DNA of 64,000 bases from positions 6,175 through 70,174 of the forward strand of contig JAFUTN010000028.1 of assembly GCA_017484225.1 (NCBI GenBank). Direction: 5' to 3'. The stretch comes from Alphaproteobacteria bacterium (GTDB taxonomy: Bacteria > Pseudomonadota > Alphaproteobacteria > RF32 > CAG-239). Under the pieces are notes generated by a model. It was not told the DNA's origin, did no database searches, and worked only from the letters and a program-made list of their open reading frames with translations. The position numbers and the translations under genes were made by a program. The stretch's first letter is position 1. Each line of letters begins with the position of its first letter. Positions 42,459 to 52,676 of the stretch are shown in pieces.

Positions 42459-43790
42459 TCAGTCCTTTAATTCCGTTAGATGTGAAGAATAGTGCGATTC
42501 TACCAATATAATTAATATATCTATATTTTTAGAAACAATCTCTTCTTTCCACCGAGATAATTTAAGGTCGTCACCATACATATTATTGCATCTGCGCTTT
42601 AACACATTTTCAAAAGAAGACGCCAAAAAATAGGAAATGTTTTCGGTAAAAGAGTTTCCGATTATCATGACTTTTTGTTTATTGGGAGCATAAGAGGCAT
42701 AAAAATCTTTATTATCTAAGTCGTCAATATTTACTTTTAAATTTTCTTCTCTTTTGTGTTTATAATATTTATAATCAGTGTCTAAAGGACAATCTTTAAC
42801 CGTAAGATTTAATAATTTACAGGAATGACCTTCCCAAAAAACACGGTTAAATTCAGCTCTAACCATATTTGAGTAATAAATATCATAATCATTTTCCTTT
42901 AAAATGGTTAAATCGGGGAAATCTTTTTTTATGGCTTTCATTAATTCCTTATAGCCGATAAAAGCTCCCCAGTCTGTCCAATGATGATCTGTCTTAAAAT
43001 AAACATAATCATATTTATTTGCCTCTTTCATGGCATTGAAAGGGTATACAATACTAAAGTTTGTTTTTTTTAATATGCTGTCAGCAATAATTTGTGCTTT
43101 GTCTTTTTCTTCTTTTGGTATAATCCGAAACTGTTCACTTCTTACAAAATCAAGTGTTCTCGGCACCAATTCTATATAGCATTTAATATTGTGCTCATTG
43201 CAAAATGTTTGATATGCCGACACTCCGACAAATATCTTTTGTAATTCATCATCTGAGATAGTTGAGAAAAGCTGGCTTGTATTTAAAATCCACTGATTTT
43301 TGTATATTCCCGCATCTTTTGTCTGATAATATTTATTGGTATTCAATAAAATATGTTTATGGATAGCAAGTAACAGTTCTCTTCCTAAAAATCTATCGTT
43401 GAACCATTTATCAAACATTTTACCATAGTTATAATTTATTATACCCTTTTTTATAAAAGGAGAATAGGGTGCTAATAAACGATTCTCTTGCTTTGAAAAT
43501 GTTTCATCGGAAATATGTAACATAGGAATAAAAAGAAAAATAAAAAACACGGCAATCATCACAATATCAATCAGCGAATATTTTTTTTCAGATTTTAATC
43601 CCAATAAATTATTTGAAAATATGTAAAACAAAGAAAAAATAGGCACATCAATGGCGAGCAACGCAATCAAATCAATATTTAATGTTTTTAAATATTGCAG
43701 ACTGCCAAAGAACAAACATAATCCAATCAATACAAAGAATATGCCAAGAAAGATAGAGGATTTTAAAGAACAATTATTCCATAATTTCAT
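42459..43790 (-). CDS. AlgJ/AlgX (DHHW) SGNH-like O-acetyltransferase
   Basis: ENR.LA, WFNDRF.GRE, YFKTDHHW, IGNSF; adjacent to the MBOAT gene. Confidence 0.85.
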   Translation of the reverse strand: MKLWNNCSLKSSIFLGIFFVLIGLCLFFGSLQYLKTLNIDLIALLAIDVPIFSLFYIFSNNLLGLKSEKKYSLIDIVMIAVFFIFLFIPMLHISDETFSKQENRLLAPYSPFIKKGIINYNYGKMFDKWFNDRFLGRELLLAIHKHILLNTNKYYQTKDAGIYKNQWILNTSQLFSTISDDELQKIFVGVSAYQTFCNEHNIKCYIELVPRTLDFVRSEQFRIIPKEEKDKAQIIADSILKKTNFSIVYPFNAMKEANKYDYVYFKTDHHWTDWGAFIGYKELMKAIKKDFPDLTILKENDYDIYYSNMVRAEFNRVFWEGHSCKLLNLTVKDCPLDTDYKYYKHKREENLKVNIDDLDNKDFYASYAPNKQKVMIIGNSFTENISYFLASSFENVLKRRCNNMYGDDLKLSRWKEEIVSKNIDILIILVESHYSSHLTELKD

Positions 43791-43870
43791 CTGTAACCTG
43801 ATAGTTTATTCCGGAACTTTTGTTTGCAATATTAAATTTATTTATCAAAATGTCAATTTATAAATACAGA

Positions 43871-43897
43871 AAAAGGCACTTGTTGTGCCTTTTTTTT
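43871..43897 (-). terminator. Terminator downstream of tRNA-Thr
   Basis: AAAAGGCAC-N5-GTGCCTTTT. Confidence 0.75.
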
Positions 43898-43901
43898 GAA
43901 A

Positions 43902-43977
<76 letters not shown>

Positions 43978-44065
43978 AAAAACAAGCTATAATTAATACA
44001 GTTTGTTTCATTTTGCAAGAAATTAATGCTTGCTTTCAACAAAATAAGCTCAAAATTTTATAAGC

Positions 44066-44944
44066 TTATTCAAAAATCCACTCAATCATGTTTTCATTAT
44101 CATTTGAAGTCAATTTATCTGCTTCTTGCATGGTGTATATGCGTTTGTAACAAAACCCTCTGTCGGCAACATATCCTTCTATGCAAGAAATCTCCCCGTC
44201 CGGAGAACGATAATCGCAAAAGGCACCGTTATAGTAAAATTCGGCTGTTTCATCACATTGTTCTTTGTCTCTCCGGTGACAGGAAGACGTGTTTTCATCC
44301 CATACGTAAATGCCCGAGCAATCATCCTTTCCGGCTAAAATCATTTGAGATGAAATATCAATAATTGAATAAACACTCTTACAATGGGAAAGTAATTCTT
44401 TCAAAGTGGCACAGGATTCCTCGTTTCCGACGCAGGTTATAGTTAAGTCGGCAATAGAGTAAGAGGCAAAAGCTTTGTTTTCTGTCATAATATCTGTTGT
44501 ATGGTCAGATATGGTCAGATTTTTTAAGTTTGTTTCTTCAAAAGCATATCCGGATATACTTTTAACGGAATTTCCGATAACTACATCTGTCAGCTTGTGG
44601 TCATTTTCAAATGCACCGTGGTCTATACTGGTAACGGAATTTCCGATATTTGCACTCTTCAAGTTTTTTAAACCGGAAAAGGCGTAAGTATTGATATTTC
44701 TAATTCCTTGAATATCAACATAAGATATTGTTTGGGCGTATTCGGAATTTTTCCACGAAGCAGAAGTCATATCTCCGCTGCCGTTTATACTTAAATTTCC
44801 TTCTGAGCTTAAAATCCACTCACAAGTATGTTCATTGTTGCAATATCCGCTGTCAATGATTTCGGCTGCGGCAATAACAGATGATGCAATCATAAAAGTT
44901 AAAAAAAATGCAAATTTTTTAAGATGGTAGACTATTTTAAACAT
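44066..44944 (-). CDS. Secreted BspA-type leucine-rich repeat protein with conserved C-terminal tail
   Basis: Signal peptide, G.C....C.W.L...G cap, IGNSVTSI..AF repeats and a Cys-rich region; ends QEADKLTSNDNENMIEWIFE; GGGGGA RBS before ATG 44944. Confidence 0.88.
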   Translation of the reverse strand: MFKIVYHLKKFAFFLTFMIASSVIAAAEIIDSGYCNNEHTCEWILSSEGNLSINGSGDMTSASWKNSEYAQTISYVDIQGIRNINTYAFSGLKNLKSANIGNSVTSIDHGAFENDHKLTDVVIGNSVKSISGYAFEETNLKNLTISDHTTDIMTENKAFASYSIADLTITCVGNEESCATLKELLSHCKSVYSIIDISSQMILAGKDDCSGIYVWDENTSSCHRRDKEQCDETAEFYYNGAFCDYRSPDGEISCIEGYVADRGFCYKRIYTMQEADKLTSNDNENMIEWIFE

Positions 44945-44968
44945 GATTTTTCCCCCTATTGAATAAAT

Positions 44969-45235
44969 AAAAAAATGTCTCATTAAGAGACGATCAGGGA
45001 GTTAGCAAATCATATCGCAAGTAATGACTCTTATGGTCTTTAGCAAGAATCCGCCTGAACATACACCATAAGCTCCCCAATCATAATGGGGATTAAAAAC
45101 CAAAAAAGTATCCGTAAAAGGATACCGTTTCGGTATCTTGCGATAAGAGCCTGCTACAGCCCCGAACCTCTCTTTTTCAGGTTCTCGGCAAAAAATGCCG
45201 TGAGTATATGATAACAAATTTACGGATTATTGCAA
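44969..45235 (-). ncRNA. Structured leader/attenuator, copy 3 (C4/CI-like architecture)
   Basis: TTGCAA-N16-TATCAT promoter; box A 45137-45156 pairs with 45003-45021; box B ~45071-45082 pairs with 44992-45003; terminator 44977-44991 plus U tract. Confidence 0.7.
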
Positions 45236-45301
45236 ATAAAAAAGCTCCTTTTCTTTTGATTTTAAAGAAAAGAAGCCGGAATATTAATAATTTTTCAGGT
45301 G

Positions 45302-47767
45302 TTAATTAATTTTATTTAAATTTTCTCTTTCTTCGTTTGCCTTATCGCCGTTATAAATAACCATTTGCGTAAACGGAATTTCAATATTGTTCTCGGCAAA
45401 TCTTTTGAAAATAAGATAACGCAAATCACTTGGTTTAGTCCACGAAGCCCACAAATCCTTGATGTAGTAGCGCAACTCAAAATCAAGACTGCTGGCTCCG
45501 AAATCTTGGAACAAAACATAAGGTTCAGGATAACGCAAAATGTCTTTACATTCCTTTACGCAATCCAACAAAACTTGTTTAACTTTTTCCGGATCTGAGT
45601 TATATGCCACTCCGACTTTTATTGACTGGCGAGCCATATTGTCACCGTGCGTTAAGTTTGTTACCGAACTTGAAAGAAGAGTCGCGTTAGGAATAATAAC
45701 ACTTGTGCGCTTAAATGTTTCCATTTCGGTTGAGCGAATATTAATTTGCTTAATTTTACCTTCTTCCCCGTTCATAATTACCCAGTCACCGACACGGAAA
45801 GGACGCTCCAGCAAAATAATGATACCGGAAACCAAATTTTTAATTACGTCTTGCAAACCGAAACCGATACCGACAGATAAAGCACCGGCAATGAATGCGA
45901 GGTTTGTTAAGTCAATACCCATGGCTATAATTGCCAAAAGGATTGAAATAATAAAGCCGACAAAACTTACTCCGGATACGAGGGAATGTTTGATGCCGTC
46001 ATCCATATCAATTTTGGCCAATACATTGTCCGAAAGCTTGCTCTTAACGATTCTCATAACCGTTAAAGAACCGAAAAATACGACAATACCTAAAGCAACG
46101 GCAATTAAAGAAATTTGAATGCCTCCGATTTTGAAACCAAACAAGAGTCTGGTTGCTGCCTGCAACATAAAGTCACCGGGCAGTCCCCATAAGTTGAGCA
46201 AACTGAAAATAGCAATCAAAAGCAAGGTCGGATTAATAATGGCACGTAACCAAAAATCTATTTTGGCCACGACTTTTTTACTTGATTTATATTTTTTCAT
46301 CAGAGGGGATAAAATGATGAGTTTTTTGATGATGTCTATCAATGAACGACGGAATACCTCAAAAATTCCGCACATGATTAGTGACAATACAATATGGCGC
46401 AAAATAAACAATGAAAGTTCAGGGTATCCGAACAATGAAGCGGCAAAAGTAACACTGCAGAACAGGTCTGTGCCTAAAATCATTTTCATACCGTGGTTCA
46501 AAATAATTTCATCTTCGCCTTGCAAAGCATTTTCTTCACCATCTGCATCATTATCGGTTTTTTCTTTAGGTGAATCAAATGCTATTTTTGCAAACCACAT
46601 TAGTGAAAAAGCAGTGACAGCACACGACAGAATCATTGTAAAATGGATTGTTTCAAGAGAATATTTGGCCTCTTGAGCAATATACATTTGCGCAAGCGTG
46701 AACAAGTTAAACACGATATATGTGAATAACATTTTGGTAAATTTTGCCGCTTTTTCGGTGGAAACATTTACTAAACGCCATTGCGGGTAGTAAGGGGCAA
46801 AAGTCACGCGTGAAGCAGTTGCCTCACCGATAGCCATTAAGGTGCAGAAAGATATACACATTAAAACAGTTTGCAACAGGCTGCCTTCAAATATTTTGGT
46901 GCTGACCATCCAAATAATACAGCCGATAATCAAAAAGGCAAAAATCAATCCACGAGCTATGGCAACGGCAATAGCGGCAATAACTTTGCGGTTAAAGGTC
47001 GGATTAACGATTTCGGCCTTATATCCCCAGTTATTCAGTATAAAACGTCGCAAAATGATAGCCAATGTCAGTGCGATAATTAAAACGAAGATAACAGAGG
47101 CAATGCTCAACAAAGCGTAAGAACGTTGCGATTCCGGCACGCTCATATACCAATCTATCGGAGATTTTGTTACATTCCAGAAGAAAATGGCATAAGCCTT
47201 AACACCGCTGAAAAAAACTACCGGATTAATAAAAGCTGAGCGTTTTGTTATTAAATCTCCGTATATTTTCTGATTGCGTGCATTTAATACTTTATTGGTT
47301 AATTCTTCCAATTTTAATAATGTTAAATCGGCCTCTTTCAGCAAACGATCCTGAGAAGACATTTCTTTTATCAGCTCAGTTCGTTGTAATGTAATAGCTT
47401 CGTCTTCGGCCTCGCCGTTTTGCGGTTCGGCACCCAAAGCATCAAGCTGTTTCTGCACAAACTTTACATTTTTTTCTATTTCTTTTTTGTAATTGACAAT
47501 TAAAGTGTCTTGAGAGGTTAAAAAGGACACAAAGTCGTCTATGTCGTTTTTATCGGCATTATCGTTTTTCAAAACATCTTCTATTTGTTCAATATCTTTG
47601 TTGATTTTTTCAAAATCAACGTCCTGTATAGATGTAACTGCTTCCAACTCAATTTTGTTGTTTGCGACGTCCGGTTTCGGGGCGGGAACATCCATGGCAA
47701 AAACGGAAGCAGCCTGTAAAAAAGCGGCAATAAATACTAAGCTTAAAATTTTGATATGTTTTAACAT
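45302..47767 (-). CDS. Mechanosensitive channel, MscS family (MscK-like long form)
   Basis: Periplasmic coiled coil, many TMs, AGALSVGIGFGLQ, ERPFRVGDW, IPNA.L. Confidence 0.92.
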   Translation of the reverse strand: MLKHIKILSLVFIAAFLQAASVFAMDVPAPKPDVANNKIELEAVTSIQDVDFEKINKDIEQIEDVLKNDNADKNDIDDFVSFLTSQDTLIVNYKKEIEKNVKFVQKQLDALGAEPQNGEAEDEAITLQRTELIKEMSSQDRLLKEADLTLLKLEELTNKVLNARNQKIYGDLITKRSAFINPVVFFSGVKAYAIFFWNVTKSPIDWYMSVPESQRSYALLSIASVIFVLIIALTLAIILRRFILNNWGYKAEIVNPTFNRKVIAAIAVAIARGLIFAFLIIGCIIWMVSTKIFEGSLLQTVLMCISFCTLMAIGEATASRVTFAPYYPQWRLVNVSTEKAAKFTKMLFTYIVFNLFTLAQMYIAQEAKYSLETIHFTMILSCAVTAFSLMWFAKIAFDSPKEKTDNDADGEENALQGEDEIILNHGMKMILGTDLFCSVTFAASLFGYPELSLFILRHIVLSLIMCGIFEVFRRSLIDIIKKLIILSPLMKKYKSSKKVVAKIDFWLRAIINPTLLLIAIFSLLNLWGLPGDFMLQAATRLLFGFKIGGIQISLIAVALGIVVFFGSLTVMRIVKSKLSDNVLAKIDMDDGIKHSLVSGVSFVGFIISILLAIIAMGIDLTNLAFIAGALSVGIGFGLQDVIKNLVSGIIILLERPFRVGDWVIMNGEEGKIKQINIRSTEMETFKRTSVIIPNATLLSSSVTNLTHGDNMARQSIKVGVAYNSDPEKVKQVLLDCVKECKDILRYPEPYVLFQDFGASSLDFELRYYIKDLWASWTKPSDLRYLIFKRFAENNIEIPFTQMVIYNGDKANEERENLNKIN

Positions 47768-48783
47768 TTGACACCTATTTTTTTTATGTTCATTTGAAAT
47801 AAATTATACGCATTACGTGCCGTGCAGGCGCGTAAATTGTCGGCAACACACCAAAAACTGAAACCGTTTTCAACGGAAATATCTTGTCTTAGGCGGCTTA
47901 CATAAACATCATCTTCTCCTTGCACGTCATTAACGGAAACATATCCGCAGTCAACGTGTTTATCAAAAACAACCACACCTTTTGTTTCGCGCATTGCATT
48001 GCGAATTTCGTCAACGTCTACCTCATTTTCACATTCAACGTTTACAAATTCTCCGATACCGATAAATGTAGGCACAAATGCACAATTTGCATGAACTTTT
48101 ATATCAGTACCTAAAATTTTCTTAATTTCGGCATTATATGACCATTCAAATTTTGTCTCTTCGCCGATAAATTCGCTGACTTGCGGCAATACGTTAAAAG
48201 CTATTTGCTTTTTAAATACCTGCTCATCATCTACCAACGGCTCATTCATAAAAATTTTTCTGGTTTGTGTGAATAACTCGTCCATAGCTTCTTTACCGTA
48301 AACCGAGGCGGAAACGTAGGCATTAATAACCAGTCTTGTTATTTTATTGGATTGTGTGGTTTTTTGCAAAGCTACCAGAATTTGTGTAACCTGCGGAGAA
48401 GGCAAAGCGATAATGCCTTTTTTTGCCCGATTCCAAACATCTTCATCATTAATTCCGCTGACAACTAAAGGAACATCAGTATCCATAACGTAGGCTCCGG
48501 AGCAATCAATAACTTTAACATTTTTGGACAGCGCCCGCGGAATATAATGTTTGGCAACTTCTTCCGAGGTCATGAAAACAGCGGCGGTTACGGAAGAAAA
48601 ATCAAAATCTTCTAAATTAAAAACATCAATATCTTCATCTTCTCCGTAAGATACTTGTGTGCCGAGCGGACTGTTTGTATCTACGGCAAAAATGGTAGAT
48701 GACTTTACGGAGTTTTCTTCCAAAATACTTAAAAATTCACGCCCCAAACTTCCGGTAACGCCGACAATAGCTGTTTTACTCAT
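47761..48783 (-). CDS. Aspartate-semialdehyde dehydrogenase homologue lacking catalytic residues (Usg-like)
   Basis: AIVGVTG.LGRE, AMDEL..QT, KQIAFNVLP, VSR.R.D, ADNLR; NPNC is replaced by LPSP and GH by GI. Confidence 0.8.
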   Translation of the reverse strand: MSKTAIVGVTGSLGREFLSILEENSVKSSTIFAVDTNSPLGTQVSYGEDEDIDVFNLEDFDFSSVTAAVFMTSEEVAKHYIPRALSKNVKVIDCSGAYVMDTDVPLVVSGINDEDVWNRAKKGIIALPSPQVTQILVALQKTTQSNKITRLVINAYVSASVYGKEAMDELFTQTRKIFMNEPLVDDEQVFKKQIAFNVLPQVSEFIGEETKFEWSYNAEIKKILGTDIKVHANCAFVPTFIGIGEFVNVECENEVDVDEIRNAMRETKGVVVFDKHVDCGYVSVNDVQGEDDVYVSRLRQDISVENGFSFWCVADNLRACTARNAYNLFQMNIKKIGVKC

Positions 48784-48918
48784 AACAAAACCTCTCTTTT
48801 AAAAAACTTTTTCGCCATGTTAGCCGATAAATATTTAAAATATGTATAATAAAATTATTTTTTATGAAAAATTAACTTCACTGTTATATTTTTTCTTTAA
48901 TAAAGAAGGAGAAAAGTA

Positions 48919-49464
48919 ATGAAAAATTTTCTGGGTATATTGCTGGGTATTCTTTTGGTAACGTCGGGGACAAATGCTGCGGAAATTAAAGATGCCGAAA
49001 ATACATTGGTAATGGAACTGAAAGACGGTAAAGTTTTGATTGAAATGTATCCGGATTTGGCTCCGAACCATGTTGCACGTATCAAAGAACTTGTGCGCAA
49101 AGGATTTTACGACGGTTTAAAGTTTCACCGTGTTATAGACGGATTTATGGCGCAAACCGGAGATCCGAAAGGAACGGGAACAGGCGGCAGCGGAAAAAAA
49201 TTGAAAGCCGAATTTAGTGATAAACACCACGGCCGAGGCACTGTTTCCATGGCCAGAACATCTGATCCGGATTCGGCAGACAGTCAATTTTTTATTTGCT
49301 TCAAAAATGCCGGTCATTTAGACGGGAAATATACCGTGTGGGGGCAGGTTATAGAAGGGATGGAGTTTGTTGATAACATAAAAAAGGGGAATGAAAATAA
49401 CGGAAAAGTTACGGATCCGGATGTGATTGTTTCCTTAAAAGTTTTAGCCGATATAAAAAAATAA
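48919..49464 (+). CDS. Cyclophilin-type peptidyl-prolyl isomerase (periplasmic)
   Basis: APNHV, FYDG..FHRVIDGFMAQTGDP, SMAR, SQFFI, HLDGKYTVWGQV. Confidence 0.95.
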   Translation: MKNFLGILLGILLVTSGTNAAEIKDAENTLVMELKDGKVLIEMYPDLAPNHVARIKELVRKGFYDGLKFHRVIDGFMAQTGDPKGTGTGGSGKKLKAEFSDKHHGRGTVSMARTSDPDSADSQFFICFKNAGHLDGKYTVWGQVIEGMEFVDNIKKGNENNGKVTDPDVIVSLKVLADIKK

Positions 49465-49550
49465 AATAAAAATTTTTTCTCAATTTAAATATAATCAGAA
49501 TGCACCGGAAAAAGGTGCATTTTGGTTTTTTAAACTAATGGAGATAAAAA

Positions 49551-51137
49551 ATGGAAAATAAAAACGGAAAATTATTTCTTTCGGAAGATGATGTAGAAAA
49601 TATTGTTGCTTTGCGAGTTAAAGAAATTCAAAAAAATATAGATAAAAAATATTTTGCAATAAAAGACAATAAACTTACTATGGATGATTTGTCCGCAACA
49701 TTATTGCAAAAAAGCGATTTTTTGAAATCCGGATATTCCGGTGATTATGAAGAATTTAAAAATAATGTTGTTATCGGCTACATAAAAAAATATTTTTCAA
49801 CCTTAAAAAACAGCAAAAATATTCCGGATAAGATTCTGGATTTTTTAAATTCGGGTATTCAGGAAAAAAATATTTTATCTGCACAAAAACAACGTCCGGA
49901 ATGGTTTTCCGACTTGCTTAATTATTTTCTTATGGCAGATGACTATGTGATAAATAGGGTTAAAGCCATACAAAATAACAGTCGTGACTTTTATGTGGCA
50001 GCCATTATAGAAAGGTGCCTGCGTTATATTGATGAAGAATATTTGTATAATAATGTGCGTATGCCTAATGTTAAAACACTCTGGACCGTGGCATATCAAA
50101 AATTTGAAGAATATAAAAAAACGGTAAAGGGAACGGGGGAAAACAGATTATATCAGTGCCGCAGTTGTCTGGAAGTTATTTTTGCGCTGATTAATAAAAA
50201 ATACGTTGAAAGTCTTAATGTTCATGATTGCGAATTTATTTCTTCAAAAATATACTTTTTGCCCAAAAATTATTTAAAACAAAAACTTCCGAAAGATAAA
50301 AAATTGCGTGATTATTTATTACCGTATGCTTCGGAAAAAACAATAGCGACATCAACAGCAAAAAAATATTTGAATGTATTTAAGGAGTTTTTGGCTTTTT
50401 GCCAACGAAAAGGGTATGTTAATCAGGTGTTGAACGTGCAAATAGAAGTTCCGTCACGTAATAACGGAGCAAGTTATGACCGATTCAGCAAGAAGGAATT
50501 GATTAAGATTTTTGATGCAGATAATTATTTTTTATACAGCAATAAAAAATTTTTGTTCAGATTTTATGTGATGTTGCTGGGGCTGTATTCCGGTGCAAGG
50601 CTCAATGAATTATGTCAGATATATTGTGATGATGTTAAAAAGCAGGGCAACATTTATTACATAGACATTAATGACAGCCGTTCCGACCAGCACCTGAAAA
50701 ACAAATCTTCCAACCGTTTAATTCCCGTTCATCCAAAGTTGGTTGAAATGGGATTTATTGATTATATTAAAAAGGTTCGTGAGCAAAACAATGAAAGGGT
50801 GTTTTACCAATTTACTTATTCCGGTCGTAATCACTATACGGATAAAATGTCAAAATGGTTCGGTCGGTATCTGGATTATTTGGGGATAGAGAGCCGTAAG
50901 AAAGTTTTTCACAGCTTTCGTCACACGGTAAAGCCGGAATTGCGTGATGCCGGTGTAAAACAAGAATATCAGAATATGATTTGCGGTTGGGAAGGGCGTG
51001 ATACCGGAGAGAGGTTTTACGGACGCAGCGTAAACCTCAAAATTTTGTATCGCGAGATATGCAAGCTGCAATACCCTTATTTAGAAGAAAGTTTTCAGAA
51101 AATAAAAGAAAAATATTTTATCAATAATGTTCTGTAA
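49551..51137 (+). CDS. Tyrosine recombinase/integrase
   Basis: YSGARLNELCQ, HLKN..S.R.IPVH, FHSFRH, GW, FYG: the complete R-K-H-R-W-Y catalytic set. Confidence 0.9.
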   Translation: MENKNGKLFLSEDDVENIVALRVKEIQKNIDKKYFAIKDNKLTMDDLSATLLQKSDFLKSGYSGDYEEFKNNVVIGYIKKYFSTLKNSKNIPDKILDFLNSGIQEKNILSAQKQRPEWFSDLLNYFLMADDYVINRVKAIQNNSRDFYVAAIIERCLRYIDEEYLYNNVRMPNVKTLWTVAYQKFEEYKKTVKGTGENRLYQCRSCLEVIFALINKKYVESLNVHDCEFISSKIYFLPKNYLKQKLPKDKKLRDYLLPYASEKTIATSTAKKYLNVFKEFLAFCQRKGYVNQVLNVQIEVPSRNNGASYDRFSKKELIKIFDADNYFLYSNKKFLFRFYVMLLGLYSGARLNELCQIYCDDVKKQGNIYYIDINDSRSDQHLKNKSSNRLIPVHPKLVEMGFIDYIKKVREQNNERVFYQFTYSGRNHYTDKMSKWFGRYLDYLGIESRKKVFHSFRHTVKPELRDAGVKQEYQNMICGWEGRDTGERFYGRSVNLKILYREICKLQYPYLEESFQKIKEKYFINNVL

Positions 51138-51142
51138 AAAAG

Positions 51143-51163
51143 GAGCGGAGAAATTCTCCGCTC
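51143..51163. terminator. Hairpin terminator between convergent genes
   Basis: GAGCGGAGAA-A-TTCTCCGCTC. Confidence 0.75.
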
Positions 51164-52287
51164 TAAATCCGTGGTTTTAGGTTAATGATAACATATTCCG
51201 ATTTTGTTCCGGTCTTAAACTTTATTGCCCAATCAGATATCCCCGAGGTTACAATAAAATCTGTTTTATTCCTTTTTTCATGTCCGTAAATTTTGTCATT
51301 TGCGCCAATCCACTTTCCGACATTGTTAAACGGAAAAAGTTGTCCTCCGTGAGTGTGGCCCGATACCACCAAATCAACTCCGGATTCGGCTTGATTTTTA
51401 TAGTCTGCAGGTTGATGATCGGCGGCAATTATATATCTTGCGTCATCAAGGTTTTCCATCAGCTGTTTCATTGATTTTCGCTTGCCACCCATTTCTTTTT
51501 CTACGGAAAAATCTCTTCGTCCTATGATATATAAATCATCACCTATTGAAACATTTTCATCCTTGAGAACAATGACATTGTTTTTTTGTAACTCGGATAT
51601 TAATTCAGCACCGCTGAACCCTCGGTAATCTGCACCGTAATAGCCGTTATCATGATTTCCGAATACAAAATAGATGCCGTTTTTAATTTGCATTTTACCA
51701 AGTTTTTCGCAAGATTTTACCATATCGTCGCGCGAGGTTCCATCATCTACAAAATCTCCGGCAATAATCAAAATATCCGGATTCTGTGCCTGAATATTAT
51801 CCATATTGGCAGCAAAACCTTCTGCATTAAAAGTTGTCCCGATATGTGAATCGGCAAACATTGCTATTTTTATATCATTTTTTACCTTATCGGAAAAAAA
51901 TGTGTATTCGGTTTTCCAAACATGGTGATCAGCATACCAACCGTAGGACAAAGCAAGTATGCTTATTACTATTGCGGCAAAACCGGAGTAATAGGCTTGA
52001 AAAGTTTGTCCACGCAATTTTTCAAAAATCCAAAATAAAGTGTCGCACAGCAGCCAAATCATGGCAAAATATATTGCACAGACAATGGCATTCATGTAGT
52101 TTATGGCAATTCCGATTGCGGCAAACAAACCGAATACCAAAAGAACACTTAAAGTGTTTTTATATCGGTTATTGTGTTTTGTAATATTTTCTGCCCAAGC
52201 AAATTTTCCGACACGATTGCTTAAATAAAGCAGAGACGTGCCGGTAATTGCCAAGGTTGTCCACATGATGATAATCCACATAGTCAT
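51163..52287 (-). CDS. Membrane-anchored metallophosphoesterase
   Basis: ADSHIG, AGDFVD, GNHD, DHQP, SGHTHGGQ. Confidence 0.92.
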   Translation of the reverse strand: MTMWIIIMWTTLAITGTSLLYLSNRVGKFAWAENITKHNNRYKNTLSVLLVFGLFAAIGIAINYMNAIVCAIYFAMIWLLCDTLFWIFEKLRGQTFQAYYSGFAAIVISILALSYGWYADHHVWKTEYTFFSDKVKNDIKIAMFADSHIGTTFNAEGFAANMDNIQAQNPDILIIAGDFVDDGTSRDDMVKSCEKLGKMQIKNGIYFVFGNHDNGYYGADYRGFSGAELISELQKNNVIVLKDENVSIGDDLYIIGRRDFSVEKEMGGKRKSMKQLMENLDDARYIIAADHQPADYKNQAESGVDLVVSGHTHGGQLFPFNNVGKWIGANDKIYGHEKRNKTDFIVTSGISDWAIKFKTGTKSEYVIINLKPRI

Positions 52288-52304
52288 CTGTCTGTTCCCG
52301 TAAA

Positions 52305-52505
52305 TTATTTCAGTTTGCCGTATTCTTCGTCACCGAATAAAATGTCATCATTAAAATGAGCAAATTCCGGCGCAAATGTTCCAAGTGAGTCGCGTCCTGC
52401 TGTTTGTGTAATTTTTTTCATTGTTTTATCTCCGGTGTTTTCGTCGGCATGGGAATATCCGCCGCACAAAATTAATGCTAAAAAAATGTATATAAGCTTT
52501 TTCAT
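52305..52505 (-). pseudogene. Truncated carboxymuconolactone decarboxylase-family gene
   Basis: QTAGRDSLG.FAPEFA.FNDDILFG matches the N-terminus of CMD-family proteins, then an early stop. Confidence 0.65.
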
Positions 52506-52676
52506 TTTAATAAATTCCTTGAATTGTTTGCCATATCAGAAGTCTAAAGCTGTTGATATGTGTAAATTTAGCAATATACCGATAAAAGTTCAAATACTTA
52601 TTTCATATATTAAGATATGCTTGACAGGCATTTCAAAGTTTTTTATTTTGGAGGTATGTTTTAAGGAGAAAAAGTA

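Noticed and set aside
45002-45217. 71-aa ORF upstream of the second LRR gene
   Set aside because: It starts within the promoter, lacks an RBS and coincides with the structured leader.
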